60,019 nucleotides of DNA from Patescibacteria group bacterium (GCA_034658815.1 JAYEFY010000048.1:1-60019), one strand, 5' to 3'. Shown: positions 8,803-19,389, counted from the first letter of the stretch. Program-made: numbers and translations. Notes: generated by a model from the letters alone, not told the origin.

Positions 8803-9747
8803 ATGAAAAAGGTTTTATGCTTGGCAATTTTACTCTCAGGGATTTTTGTTAGTTGGAAAGCTGGCTCCGTTTGGTTTTTTAAAGAAAGGACGCTGGATTT
8901 TTCAGGCGATAAATTAATAACAGTCAATGATAACGGCTTTCAATATCAGATAACGGCCAGCGCGAAAACAGTTGGCCGATTACTGGATGATGTTGGTATA
9001 ACTGTGGCTGATTGCGACAGAATATATCCGGATCAAGAAATAAATCTTTTTCCAGGAATGATTATTTCACTTCACCGTGCCATACCAATTAAAATTTATG
9101 TTGATGGCGAAACTCGTGCGTTGAATTCTTTTTCTTCTACAGTTGAAAAAGCTCTTCATGAGGCTGAGGTTGAACTAAGTCATCTTGATCAAGTAAGCCC
9201 TTCTCGAGTATCTGGTATTGAGAAAGATTTGGAAATTGTCGTTACCAGGATAAATAAGGAACAGACAGTTGCTAAAGAGCCGATTGCGTTTAAAATAATT
9301 GAGAAAAAAAATCCAAAGCTGAAATGGAGAAAAAAGAAAATCCAACAAGAAGGCGTTGAAGGTGCTAAGGAAGTAGAATATGAAATAACGTACAAAAACG
9401 GAAAACAGATCTCTAAAGAAAAATTATCATCAAAAATTACTGAAGAGCCGGTTACTGAAATAGTTTCCATTGGCACAAAAGTCAAAGTTGGAAAAACAAA
9501 GATCGGAGTCGCAAGCTGGTACGCGCATACCGGAGCAATGGCGTGCGCTTCCAGAATGTTTTCCAAAGGAACATGGTTGCGGGTAACCAACAGGGAAAAC
9601 GGGAAACAGGTTTTTGTGGTGGTGAATGACTATGGTCCGCAGCGCGGTACGGGAAAAATGATCGATCTGGATAAAATAGCATTCAAAAAACTTGCATCAT
9701 CAAGCAAAGGCGTCATCGAAGTAAAAGTAGAAGAAATAATAGACTGA
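8803..9747 (+). CDS. Exported DUF348 (ubiquitin-like) + G5 + RlpA-like DPBB protein (YabE-like cell-wall lytic enzyme)
   Basis: Signal peptide; TVGRLLDDVGI and TVEKALHEAEV repeats; G5 (QEGVEGAKEVEY...EIVSIGTK); GVASWY...VNDYGP...IDL. Confidence 0.82.
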   Translation: MKKVLCLAILLSGIFVSWKAGSVWFFKERTLDFSGDKLITVNDNGFQYQITASAKTVGRLLDDVGITVADCDRIYPDQEINLFPGMIISLHRAIPIKIYVDGETRALNSFSSTVEKALHEAEVELSHLDQVSPSRVSGIEKDLEIVVTRINKEQTVAKEPIAFKIIEKKNPKLKWRKKKIQQEGVEGAKEVEYEITYKNGKQISKEKLSSKITEEPVTEIVSIGTKVKVGKTKIGVASWYAHTGAMACASRMFSKGTWLRVTNRENGKQVFVVVNDYGPQRGTGKMIDLDKIAFKKLASSSKGVIEVKVEEIID

Positions 9748-9762
9748 TTTATTAATTTTTTT

Positions 9763-10305
9763 ATGTGCTTATTTTTTATAACAGGAAATAAAGGCAAATT
9801 TGAAGAAGTGAAAGCGGAACTTTCTCTTGTCAATCAATTTAATATTGATCTTCCGGAAATTCAAGAAATTGATTCGCGAAAAATCATCAAATCCAAGCTT
9901 CTTGAGGCATTGAAATATAAAAAGGCTGAATTTATCGTCGAAGATACGTCGCTGTATCTTGATTGTCTGAACGGATTACCCGGACCTTTGATAAAATGGT
10001 TTCTGGCATCAATTGGCGATAAGGGAATTTATGAACTTACGCGTAAATTCAAAAACAACGATGCGCAAGCCAAAACAATTTTTGGATACGCAGAGAATGA
10101 AAACAAAATACATTTTTTTGAGGGCATTGTTAGTGGATCCATTGTTTTGCCTCAAGGAAAAAGGGGTTTTGGATGGGACAGGATTTTTTTGCCGGATGGG
10201 CATAAAAAGACATTTGCTCAAATGAGTATAGACGAGAAAAATGGTATTAGTATGAGAAGAATTGCGCTTGATAAATTAAAGCACTTTTTGGATGCAAAAC
10301 AGTAG
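9763..10305 (+). CDS. Ham1/RdgB-family non-canonical purine NTP pyrophosphatase
   Basis: FITGNKGK, VEDTSL, LNGLPGP, GFGWDRIF, EKNGISMR. Confidence 0.9.
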   Translation: MCLFFITGNKGKFEEVKAELSLVNQFNIDLPEIQEIDSRKIIKSKLLEALKYKKAEFIVEDTSLYLDCLNGLPGPLIKWFLASIGDKGIYELTRKFKNNDAQAKTIFGYAENENKIHFFEGIVSGSIVLPQGKRGFGWDRIFLPDGHKKTFAQMSIDEKNGISMRRIALDKLKHFLDAKQ

Positions 10306-11128
10306 AATAAACAATCCTAAAATATCACGACATACTCCCAAGAAATCATTAGGACAGCATTTTTTGGTCGATACAAAAGTACTTGAGAATATTTTAGCTG
10401 TTGCTGATTTGCGGCAGGATGATTTGGTTGTTGAAATCGGTCCCGGCAAAGGAATTCTAACGCATAAGCTTCTCGAAAAAACAAAAAAAGTGATCGCTGT
10501 TGAGAAAGATGAAATACTCGCGCGAGAACTAAACGGCCGTTTCCAAAAGTTCATTGATAATGACAAACTGAATATTATTGCCGATGATATTCTCGAAATT
10601 AATTTTCCTGAAATTCTTGAAAAAGAAAAAGCCACGCGATATAAGGTGGTGGCAAATATTCCATACTATATTACAGGGAAGATTATCAGGCTGTTATTCG
10701 AAACGCGATATGTACCGGAATTGATCGTTCTTCTGGTTCAAAAGGAAGTTGCCGAGCGGATATGCGCGGATGTTGGAAGAATGAGCAAGCTTGCAACGAT
10801 AGTGCGATACTACGGCACGCCGGAGATAATTACTATAGTTCACAAAAGCAGCTTTAATCCATCTCCAAAAGTAGATTCGGCAATTATCAAAATAGTACCC
10901 CGCAAATATGGTGAAATAAAGCACTCCGAACACGAGAAAGATCTTTTTCGAATAATACGGATTGGATTTGCCAGTCCCAGAAAAACGCTTGCCAATAATT
11001 TATCTGTAGGACTGTGTTTGCCAAAAGAAAGTGTGAAAAAAATTCTCAAAAGGTGCAATATCGATGAAACAGTTCGAGCTCAGGAACTTAATGTCGGCGA
11101 CTGGGAGATAATTCGTAGGAATATATGA
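10292..11128 (+). CDS. rsmA: 16S rRNA dimethyltransferase RsmA/KsgA
   Basis: KKSLGQHFL, VEIGPGKG, VANIPYYIT, FNPSPKVDS. Confidence 0.95.
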   Translation: MQNSRINNPKISRHTPKKSLGQHFLVDTKVLENILAVADLRQDDLVVEIGPGKGILTHKLLEKTKKVIAVEKDEILARELNGRFQKFIDNDKLNIIADDILEINFPEILEKEKATRYKVVANIPYYITGKIIRLLFETRYVPELIVLLVQKEVAERICADVGRMSKLATIVRYYGTPEIITIVHKSSFNPSPKVDSAIIKIVPRKYGEIKHSEHEKDLFRIIRIGFASPRKTLANNLSVGLCLPKESVKKILKRCNIDETVRAQELNVGDWEIIRRNI

Positions 11129-11173
11129 ATTTCTTGATTTTATTCTCTCTCTTAAAGTCAGAAAACGTTGTGA

Positions 11174-11422
11174 GTGCGAACAGGAGTAGGTAAAATTTTT
11201 GACTATGCGGTTGAATATCTTTTGGGAAGATATGAAGAGCCAAAATTCAGCCGCTATAAATATATTAGCAGTATGCCGGCAAGTATTTATAAGAACCTGC
11301 AAAAACTATTAGTTGAAAATCTATTGCGCAGTGAGTATTATGAAAAATTATATGCTGATTTTCTGAAAAATCTGCCTCAAGCGCCGGCTAGTTCCCAATT
11401 TATCGCAGAACAAGGTCTATAG
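11174..11422 (+). CDS. Hypothetical protein
   Basis: 82-aa ORF filling the gap between rsmA and the convergent glmS; no motif recognised. Confidence 0.4.
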   Translation: MRTGVGKIFDYAVEYLLGRYEEPKFSRYKYISSMPASIYKNLQKLLVENLLRSEYYEKLYADFLKNLPQAPASSQFIAEQGL

Positions 11423-11464
11423 CTTGATTCTTTGATCTTAAAGCAAGCGATTCGCTCCAAAAAC

Positions 11465-13309
11465 TTATTCCACAGTTACTGATTTAGCAAGGTTGCGCGG
11501 TTTGTCGACATTAAAGCCTTTTTGAACTCCGACATAATAAGCTAAAAGCTGAAGCGGAATAACGGAAAGAATGGGGGTGAGCATTTCCAAAGTTTTAGGA
11601 ATATAAATCACATCGTCCGCGACTTTCTTAATTTCTCTGTCGTTTTTAGTGGCTATGGCTATAATTTGTCCGCCTCGCGCCTTGATCTCTTCCATCCCGC
11701 TTATATTTTTTTCATAAACACTGTCTTTGGGCACCACAAAAACAGAAGGAAATTTTTTATCAATAAGAGCGATTGGTCCATGCTTCATCTCTCCTGTCGG
11801 ATATCCTTCCGCGTGAACATAGGAAATTTCTTTAATTTTCAAGGCTCCTTCGCAGGCAACAGGCACATTATATTTTCTGCCCAGATAAAGAAAGTTCTTA
11901 TAATTCGCGTATTTCTTTGCAATTTTCTTTATCTCTTTAGGCTTTTTCAAAATTGATTCGACCAATTTTGGAATTTTTTTGAGGTCTTCAGCTATTCTTT
12001 TTCCTGTCACTAAAGACATGGTTCTTTGCCTTCCCAGCTTTAAAGCCAGAAGCGCCAGTATACTCAACTGGGATGTAAAAGCTTTGGTGGAAGCAACTCC
12101 TATTTCCGGACCGGCATGATTGTAAATTCCAGCGTCAGTTTCTCTGGCGATAGTCGAACCGACTGTATTAACAATTCCCAATGTCAGCGCTCCTTTGTTT
12201 TTGGCTTCGCGAACCGCGGCTAAAGTATCAGCGGTTTCTCCTGATTGGGAAATCGCCAAAACAGCGGCTTTCTTGTTTAGGATTGGCTTCCGGTATCGAA
12301 ATTCACTGGCATATTCAACCTCGACTGGAATTCCGGCATATTCTTCCAACATATACTCTCCAACTAACCCGGCATAATAGGATGTGCCGCAGGAGATAAT
12401 AATCAGCCTGTCAATTTCTCTAAGCTCATTTTCGATATTATGCAGTCCTCCTAATTTCGCTGTTCCTTCTTTTACAATTATTCTTCCTCTTGTGGCATTA
12501 CGGATGGTATCGGGCTGTTCAAAAATTTCTTTGAGCATAAAGTGGTCAAATCCCTGTTTTTGAGCTTTATCAACTGACCAATTAACCTTGGATATTTTTT
12601 TGTCCAAGATCTGGTTTTTAATATTAGTTATTTCATAATTATTTTTTTCTAAAATCGCCAGCTCACCATCTTCCAAATAAACCACTCTATCAGTGTACCT
12701 TATTATGGCTGAGGCATCTGACGCGACTATAAATTCATTTTTTCCAAATCCTAAAATCAAGGGGCTTCCGTTTCGAGCAACGATCATTTTTTCCGGTTCT
12801 TTTTTATTAATAATTGCCAAGCCATACGTTCCCTCAAGAAGTTTTAGCGATTTTATCACTGCTTCTTTAAAAGTTTCTTTTTTCGCGAATTCCTCGATCA
12901 AATGGGCAATTACTTCGCTATCAGTCTCCGATTTGAATTTATGGCCTTTTCTGACCAGTTTATTTTTTAGTTTCTGATAATTTTCAATAATTCCGTTATG
13001 TACCAACCAGATATTTCCTTGGCAATCTTTATGAGGATGGGAATTTTTGTTTGATGGTTTTCCATGGGTTGCCCAACGCGTATGGGCGATTCCAATATTT
13101 CCTTTCATTTCTTTTCCCTTGATTTTATCTTCCAATTTGACGATCTTTCCGACGGATTTTTGAGTAGCTATCTTACTACTCCCGGTTTTTTGTTTATAGA
13201 TTACGGTAATGCCGGCTGAATCATACCCGCGATATTCAAGCCGTTTTAAGCCATCCAATAAAATTGGGGCGGCTCTGTTTTTTCCAATGTAACCGACGAT
13301 ACCACACAT
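11465..13309 (-). CDS. glmS: Glutamine-fructose-6-phosphate aminotransferase
   Basis: MCGIVGY, LEYRGYDSAG, HTRWATHG, SQSGETADT, PRNLAKSVTVE. Confidence 0.98.
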   Translation of the reverse strand: MCGIVGYIGKNRAAPILLDGLKRLEYRGYDSAGITVIYKQKTGSSKIATQKSVGKIVKLEDKIKGKEMKGNIGIAHTRWATHGKPSNKNSHPHKDCQGNIWLVHNGIIENYQKLKNKLVRKGHKFKSETDSEVIAHLIEEFAKKETFKEAVIKSLKLLEGTYGLAIINKKEPEKMIVARNGSPLILGFGKNEFIVASDASAIIRYTDRVVYLEDGELAILEKNNYEITNIKNQILDKKISKVNWSVDKAQKQGFDHFMLKEIFEQPDTIRNATRGRIIVKEGTAKLGGLHNIENELREIDRLIIISCGTSYYAGLVGEYMLEEYAGIPVEVEYASEFRYRKPILNKKAAVLAISQSGETADTLAAVREAKNKGALTLGIVNTVGSTIARETDAGIYNHAGPEIGVASTKAFTSQLSILALLALKLGRQRTMSLVTGKRIAEDLKKIPKLVESILKKPKEIKKIAKKYANYKNFLYLGRKYNVPVACEGALKIKEISYVHAEGYPTGEMKHGPIALIDKKFPSVFVVPKDSVYEKNISGMEEIKARGGQIIAIATKNDREIKKVADDVIYIPKTLEMLTPILSVIPLQLLAYYVGVQKGFNVDKPRNLAKSVTVE

Positions 13310-13818
13310 ACGATTTGTTGTTTATTTTTTATTTGCAAATTAGTTTAAAACCGTTAGAGGCTCAAGAAATAATATTCTGCCGGATTGTCTGTATCACTGT
13401 AGCAATTTTTCTATATATTTAGCAAATTGGTTTGACAGGATTATTCATCCCAGCTTCGTTTTCCTGAAAATAATCCCTTTGCAGAACAAATACGAGGCTA
13501 TGAAAACTCTTACAAAGAAATACAGAGTTAGTGAGCTTATGATAGGATAGCTGCCGATTTTCATTGTTATGAATGTATTCATGGAATTTTTATTTTGTTA
13601 TAGTTGCTGCCGAGAATCACTAAAACAGCAATGACAGTTATCACGTCTTCTACTCTTAGTATTACATAAGAATACCATGATTAAATGCGTTGCATCGTCT
13701 ATAATAACAATTTCGTTGCCAACAAAATTTACATCGCGGATTTTTGTTGATATAATGAATACGTGCTGGCAGGAAATATTAAATATTAATTAGCAAATGG
13801 AAATACTGAGCATTTTGG

Positions 13819-16800
13819 ATGGATACGGTAATGCACTTAATTGTTATTTCAATCTTGATGCCTGAAGAGAAAAAGCAAAAACAAAAAAAGGACAAAATTA
13901 AGTTTGCTGATACGGGCGAGGTTCAGAAGGTGTTAAAAAAACTCAAAAGAGAATCGGAGGAAGAAGAAGCGTCACGTCATGCTAAGTCATTGGGAATGCC
14001 CTACCTTGACCTAAATATTTTTCCTATTGACCAGGAACATGCGACATTCATTTCTGAAAAAGACGCACGCAAATATCGTGTTGTTGTTATTCATAAAATA
14101 GAGAGAGATACGAAGATTGCGACAACACGCCCAAAAGACAAGGAAACAGAGCAGTATATAAGTCAGTTAAAGGAAAAAGAGGGGTTAAAAATAAAAATGT
14201 TTGTTGTTTCGAAAACATCTTTCGAACGAGTATTGGAAGAATATAAGAAAACTAAGCTTGTTGATGTTTTTGATTATCTTCGAATGGGATTAACTGGTGA
14301 AGATCTTGAAAATTTTGAAAAGGATCTGCAAGGAATTATTGATCTTGAGAAAAGAATTAATGAATTGCCTGTTACCCAAGTGCTTAACATGATTATTGCC
14401 GGAGCAGTCAAGCTTAACTCGTCTGATATCCATTTTGAACCGCAAAAAAACCAAAAAGTCCGATTACGCTATCGAATTGACGGTGTTTTGCAGACTGTTG
14501 CGGAATTGCCGATCAATATTTACCCAACGATAGTTTCTCGCATCAAAATGCTTGGAAAGATGATGATTAATGTTCGGGATATTGCTCAAGATGGGCGTTT
14601 TTCAATAAAAAAGGGTGATGGGAATGATACCGACGTACGTGTTTCAGTATTGCCGGGAAATTTTGGAGAGAACATTGTGATGCGGCTGCTCATGCATGAT
14701 ATTGGTGATCTGACAGTTGAAAAACTTGGACTTATCGGACTTAACCGTGAATGGTTAATGAATGAAGCGGATAAAAAGCAAGGAATTATTATTAATTCCG
14801 GTCCCACTGGAAGCGGTAAGACGACAACACTGTACGCGATCATTAATAGTATTAATTCATCAGACAAAAAAATTATCAGCATCGAAGATCCTATCGAATA
14901 TCAAGTTGCGGGAGTAGCTCAAACGCAGGTTGAAGAGGGAAAAGGCTACACGTTTTCTAAGGGGCTTCACGCAATTGTCCGACAGGATCCGGATGTCATT
15001 CTCGTTGGAGAAATTCGAGATGAAGATACTGCCGCAATTGCTGTTCAAGCCGCTTTGACCGGACACTTGGTCTTTACGACTGTTCATGCGAATAGCTCCG
15101 CCGGAGTTGTAGGGAGGCTTGTTGATCTTGGCGTAAAGCCAGTACTTATTTCACCGGCTGTGAACGCGTTTATCGCCCAACGGCTTTTAAGAAGACTATG
15201 TCCTCATTGCAAAGAGGAATATATCCCCGCACAAGAAACAATTGACATGATTAAGAAGATGCTTTCGCTTATATCGCCGAAAGCGAAGGTTCAAATTCCA
15301 AAAGAAATTAAAACTTTATGGAGATCAAAGGGATGTACAAAATGCCGAGGACTAGGTTATAAAGGGAGGGTTGGATTATTTGAAGTAATGATGATCAATA
15401 ATGAAATACAGCATTTAATTGAACATTTTGGTTCGGAAGATGAGCTTAGAAATGTCGCGTTGGAAAATGGAATGATTACGCTTGAACAAGATGGAATTCT
15501 CAAGTCGATAGACGGTACGACGTCTCTCAAGGAATTACAGCGTGTTGTCGGCAAAGGAGAATACTTGCTGGATCTATATGAAAAAATTGTTATTCAAACA
15601 TTAGCTCGCGGTTTGCTTATTAAAAATGATATTTTTGAACAGGTCAAAGAGGTGAAAAATGATTATGGCGCGATGAAAGAGAAATTGAAACAATTTTCTC
15701 CAAGTGAAATGGTCACTTATATTTTGGCAAGTGCGCTTTTAACCAGCGCGGGCGATGTGCATATTGAGCCGGGAGAAACGGAATTCAAAGTGAGATTTCG
15801 TATTGACGGAGTATTGCACGACATAGTTAGTTTTCCGATGACGGAATTTCTGAACACACTTAATGAAGTTAAGAATCTCACTGGAGCAAAAACTGAATCT
15901 CGAGAAGGAGTAATTGATGGAAGGTTTAGAATAATAATTCAGGAGGAAACCAAGGAAATTACCGATAAAAGTGTTGATATCCGAGTTTCTATAATTCTTG
16001 GCGGTTTTGGGGATATTATTGTGATGAGACTTTTAAACCAATCGGCAAGAGCGACGGTTCTTGAAGAGTTAGGTATTTGTTCGTATAATCTTCAAATAAT
16101 TAAACGAAACGCTTCAAAGCCGAATGGAATAATTCTTAACACCGGTCCTACCGGAAGCGGTAAAACAACAACATTGTATAGTATATTGGCATTTCTTAAT
16201 GATCCACAGCTTAAAATCATTACAGTTGAAGATCCAATCGAATATCAAATGAGCGGTATTTTACAAACGCAGGTAAAAGAGGAGGAGAATTATACTTTTG
16301 CGACGGCGATGAGAGTTCTTTTGCGGCAAAATCCTGATATTATGATGATTGGAGAGATTCGAGATGATGATACCGCAAATACAGCCTATCAAGCGGCACT
16401 TACAGGCCATTTGGTGCTTAGTACGTTACATACGAACAGCGCCGCAGGATCAGTTCAACGGCTTATCAATATGGGAATCACTTCTTCTGATTTGGCAGCA
16501 GGCACTAACTGTTTTATGGCTCAGCGTTTAATTCGTGTTTTATGTCCGTACTGTAAGAAAAAAGTCAAAGCAACGGCAAGGAAGAAGAAGATAATGGAAA
16601 CGGTTCTTGGTCGGATATCGCCGAAAACAGGATTAAAAATTCCGCGAGAGACTGAATATATTTATAAGCCTGTAGGATGTACAAAGTGTCACGGACTTGG
16701 ATATAGTGGAAGAGTTACAATATCAGAGGCATTGGAAATTGGTGAAGAAATGCAGAAGTTTTTAATTACGATGCCTACTACGATCGAACTTCGGAAAAAG

Positions 16801-16929
16801 GCAATTGAAGAAGGAATGCTTACAATGGCACAGGATGGAGTTCTAAAAATTATTGAAGGGGTAACCTCGTTTGAGGAAGTTGCTCGGCTTACTCGTGAAA
16901 TTGGAAAAGGCTCGGAAGAAAAAGTGTAG
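13819..16929 (+). CDS. GspE/PilB-family secretion ATPase with two complete tandem ATPase domains (start may be 13858)
   Basis: Two copies each of SDIH/DVHIEP, GPTGSGKTTT, EDPIEY, GEIRD, His box and CxxC...CxxC. Confidence 0.9.
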   Translation: MDTVMHLIVISILMPEEKKQKQKKDKIKFADTGEVQKVLKKLKRESEEEEASRHAKSLGMPYLDLNIFPIDQEHATFISEKDARKYRVVVIHKIERDTKIATTRPKDKETEQYISQLKEKEGLKIKMFVVSKTSFERVLEEYKKTKLVDVFDYLRMGLTGEDLENFEKDLQGIIDLEKRINELPVTQVLNMIIAGAVKLNSSDIHFEPQKNQKVRLRYRIDGVLQTVAELPINIYPTIVSRIKMLGKMMINVRDIAQDGRFSIKKGDGNDTDVRVSVLPGNFGENIVMRLLMHDIGDLTVEKLGLIGLNREWLMNEADKKQGIIINSGPTGSGKTTTLYAIINSINSSDKKIISIEDPIEYQVAGVAQTQVEEGKGYTFSKGLHAIVRQDPDVILVGEIRDEDTAAIAVQAALTGHLVFTTVHANSSAGVVGRLVDLGVKPVLISPAVNAFIAQRLLRRLCPHCKEEYIPAQETIDMIKKMLSLISPKAKVQIPKEIKTLWRSKGCTKCRGLGYKGRVGLFEVMMINNEIQHLIEHFGSEDELRNVALENGMITLEQDGILKSIDGTTSLKELQRVVGKGEYLLDLYEKIVIQTLARGLLIKNDIFEQVKEVKNDYGAMKEKLKQFSPSEMVTYILASALLTSAGDVHIEPGETEFKVRFRIDGVLHDIVSFPMTEFLNTLNEVKNLTGAKTESREGVIDGRFRIIIQEETKEITDKSVDIRVSIILGGFGDIIVMRLLNQSARATVLEELGICSYNLQIIKRNASKPNGIILNTGPTGSGKTTTLYSILAFLNDPQLKIITVEDPIEYQMSGILQTQVKEEENYTFATAMRVLLRQNPDIMMIGEIRDDDTANTAYQAALTGHLVLSTLHTNSAAGSVQRLINMGITSSDLAAGTNCFMAQRLIRVLCPYCKKKVKATARKKKIMETVLGRISPKTGLKIPRETEYIYKPVGCTKCHGLGYSGRVTISEALEIGEEMQKFLITMPTTIELRKKAIEEGMLTMAQDGVLKIIEGVTSFEEVARLTREIGKGSEEKV

Positions 16930-16935
16930 TAATAA

Positions 16936-16972
16936 GGGACTGTTTCCAAATTCACTCCTACCAAAAATTGTT
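16936..16972 (+). repeat. Solo terminus of the MITE-like family
   Basis: GGGACTGTTTCCAAATTCACTCCTACCAAAAATTGT begins 6 nt after the stop codon. Confidence 0.65.
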
Positions 16973-17059
16973 CTATCTAAGTATTCAAGATTACATCGCT
17001 CGCGAATGGCGGGGTCGGAGAATAAAAGACCGCGCTATTTGACGCAGTAAAAAAGAGGT

Positions 17060-17213
17060 ATTTTTAGCAATAAACTGTAGACAAAAAGCCCACACGCAAG
17101 GTATGAGGTAGGAACAGTTCTGAGGATAGCAAAGCCTAAACCGTACTAACCTAGTCTAAGAAAAGTTCCCGGGAATCAGAGCATTCCTTTGCCTACAGAT
17201 CATCACCAAAAAT
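17060..17213 (-). ncRNA. Rod-shaped ncRNA candidate (6S RNA-like)
   Basis: ORF-free; 17200-17213 pairs with 17060-17073 and 17187-17198 pairs with 17075-17088; central unpaired region and irregular terminal stem; own promoter upstream. Confidence 0.45.
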
Positions 17214-17253
17214 GTAAATATTCTATAACAAAAAATACTGAACACATTAAAGT

Positions 17254-17282
17254 AATGTAGCACATACGGAATATTTTGTCAA
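17254..17282 (-). promoter_or_regulatory. Sigma70 promoter firing into the ORF-free region
   Basis: TTGACA (17282-17277), 17-nt spacer, TACATT (17259-17254). Confidence 0.65.
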
Positions 17283-17412
17283 TAACTTTTAATTTTTTTT
17301 AGTGTGTATCGCATTGGTAATACTCATATGAGATAATTTTATTTCATATTGGGATCAGTCCCATGTGATGGAGAAGCGCTTTTTTGAAAATTTTTTGTAT
17401 ATATATGAACAG

Positions 17413-18423
17413 ATGATAACTTCCAACAAACAACAAAAAAGAGACAAGCAATTTGAATTAACATTGCGTCCGCAGAAAATGGATGAATATGTCGGACAAA
17501 AGAAATTAAAAAAAGCGTTAGAGATTCAGATTGGCGCGGCAAAAGAAAGAAAAGAATCCCTTGAACACGTATTACTGTTTGGCCCTTCCGGACTGGGAAA
17601 GACAACAATGGCGCATATTATCTCAAAAGAAATGGGTGTTGGAATAAAAATAACATCCGGTCCCGCAATCGAACGAATTGGAGATTTTGGTTCAATACTT
17701 ACAAATCTCAATGATGGCGATATTCTTTTTATTGACGAAATCCATCGTCTTAGCAAAATCATTGAAGAAGTGCTATATCCGGCGATGGAAGACGGGAAAT
17801 TGGATATTATTGTCGGAAAAGGACCATCAGCACGAACAATTCAGCTTGAACTGCCAAAGTTTACGCTTATCGGTGCGACAACACGACTTGGAATGTTATC
17901 ATCTCCGTTAAGAAACAGATTCGGAGTCATTCATAAACTTGAGTTTTATAATTCAGATGAGATCGGCAATATTATCAAAAGAACAAGTTCAATTCTGGAT
18001 ATGCCAATTGGCGATTCCGCAAGCAAGATAATTGCAGAATGTTCACGCTCAACTCCGCGAATAGCAAATCGGTTGCTTAAGCGCGTAAGAGATTATGCCC
18101 AAGTAAATAAGAAAGATATAATTGATAAAAAAATTGTCGAAGAAGCTTTAGATATGCTTAATGTTGACTGTCTCGGTTTAGAGGCGTCTGATCGCGAGCT
18201 TCTCAAAATTCTAATTAGTAAATTTGAAGGTGGTCCTGTCGGAGTCCAGACGATTGCGGCGGCATTTTCTGAAGAAGCTCAAACTATTGAAGAGGTATAT
18301 GAACCATACTTACTTCAAGTCGGCATGCTTGAACGGACACCACGGGGGAGAAAGGCAACAAAAGCCGCATACCGCCACTTAGGAATAAAATACCAAGAAA
18401 ACAATCAAATTTCACTCCTCTAG
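17413..18423 (+). CDS. ruvB: Holliday junction branch migration ATPase RuvB
   Basis: [44 protein letters not shown]. Confidence 0.97.
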   Translation: MITSNKQQKRDKQFELTLRPQKMDEYVGQKKLKKALEIQIGAAKERKESLEHVLLFGPSGLGKTTMAHIISKEMGVGIKITSGPAIERIGDFGSILTNLNDGDILFIDEIHRLSKIIEEVLYPAMEDGKLDIIVGKGPSARTIQLELPKFTLIGATTRLGMLSSPLRNRFGVIHKLEFYNSDEIGNIIKRTSSILDMPIGDSASKIIAECSRSTPRIANRLLKRVRDYAQVNKKDIIDKKIVEEALDMLNVDCLGLEASDRELLKILISKFEGGPVGVQTIAAAFSEEAQTIEEVYEPYLLQVGMLERTPRGRKATKAAYRHLGIKYQENNQISLL

Positions 18424-18446
18424 ATAATTTTTCATGGCAAATAACG

Positions 18447-18668
18447 ATGATAAATATTTTCTTGATAGTGTATTTTACAATATTATCTATTTTCTTGTTT
18501 GGCGCTTTAACAATTATTTATCATCTCCAAGCATATCAATTTAATCGTCGAATTGCCATGTTCATAACGCTATTGTTTATTGTTGGATTTCTTATTGTTT
18601 TGACTGTGAATGTTGTCAATGCGATTAAAGTTGATTGGGGCGATTTCCCGATTGTTATTATTTCTTAA
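18447..18668 (+). CDS. Small two-TM membrane protein
   Basis: 73-aa ORF with two hydrophobic helices. Confidence 0.6.
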   Translation: MINIFLIVYFTILSIFLFGALTIIYHLQAYQFNRRIAMFITLLFIVGFLIVLTVNVVNAIKVDWGDFPIVIIS

Positions 18669-18670
18669 AA

Positions 18671-18784
18671 GGGATTATTTCCAAACTAGTTTTCTGCCTC
18701 GCCGAACTTACCCGTACCGAACGGTACGTTCGGACGAGCAGGCAGGCGTTGGCAAAAACTTGGAGTTAGTTTGGCGACAGTCCC
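18671..18784 (+). mobile_element. MITE-like element with an internal REP-like palindrome
   Basis: Termini GGGATTATTTCCAAACTAG / GTTAGTTTGGCGACAGTCCC; internal CCCGTACCGAACGGTACGTTCGGACG (18711-18736). Confidence 0.7.
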
Positions 18785-18795
18785 TAGAATAGTGT

Positions 18796-19389
18796 ATGAG
18801 AAGCAAAGGTCACCAGCACAAATATTTTGACTACTCTTTCAAAGGGAAAAGAGAAGAAGAGGAAATTATTCTGATGCTTAGACGGCATTGGCTTATTCTC
18901 CTTATGGAATTTATTCCGCTAGGTTTCTTTTTAATATGTTTACTATTTATTGATATCGTCGGGCCGTTTATTCTTGACTTGTTCCCGTTTCAAATAGACC
19001 AAAATTTATTTAATCTGGGTGAAAGCTTTTTGTATATGTTTTTCTGGTGTCTAGTTTTTATTGTTTGGATCGACTATTATCTTGATGTATGGATTGTTAC
19101 TGATCAACGAATTGTTAATATTGAACAAAAAGGTCTTTTCCGGCGTGAAATTAGCGAGCTTGAACATAGTAAGATTCAAGATGTGACAACGGAAATTCAT
19201 GGGATCATTGCGACACTTTTAAAATTTGGCTATGTTTATGTGCAAACCGCCGGTGAACGTTCGCGTTTCGTATTTAAACAGGTGCCGAATCCCGTGCTTG
19301 TTCGAACACTTATAATGAAACTCCAAAAACAAGTGATCAAAAGAGAGAAAATTATGGAAGGAGAAATTCTTAGGGGAAAATTTAGCTAA
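18796..19389 (+). CDS. Membrane protein with a bacterial PH (bPH_2-like) domain
   Basis: Two TM helices, then WIVTDQRIVNIEQKGLF...IQDVT...FGYVYVQTAG. Confidence 0.8.
   Translation: MRSKGHQHKYFDYSFKGKREEEEIILMLRRHWLILLMEFIPLGFFLICLLFIDIVGPFILDLFPFQIDQNLFNLGESFLYMFFWCLVFIVWIDYYLDVWIVTDQRIVNIEQKGLFRREISELEHSKIQDVTTEIHGIIATLLKFGYVYVQTAGERSRFVFKQVPNPVLVRTLIMKLQKQVIKREKIMEGEILRGKFS

Noticed and set aside
13310-13520. glmS ribozyme upstream of glmS
   Set aside because: No AGCGCC cleavage-site motif or recognisable core was found on the minus strand; the region is AT-rich.
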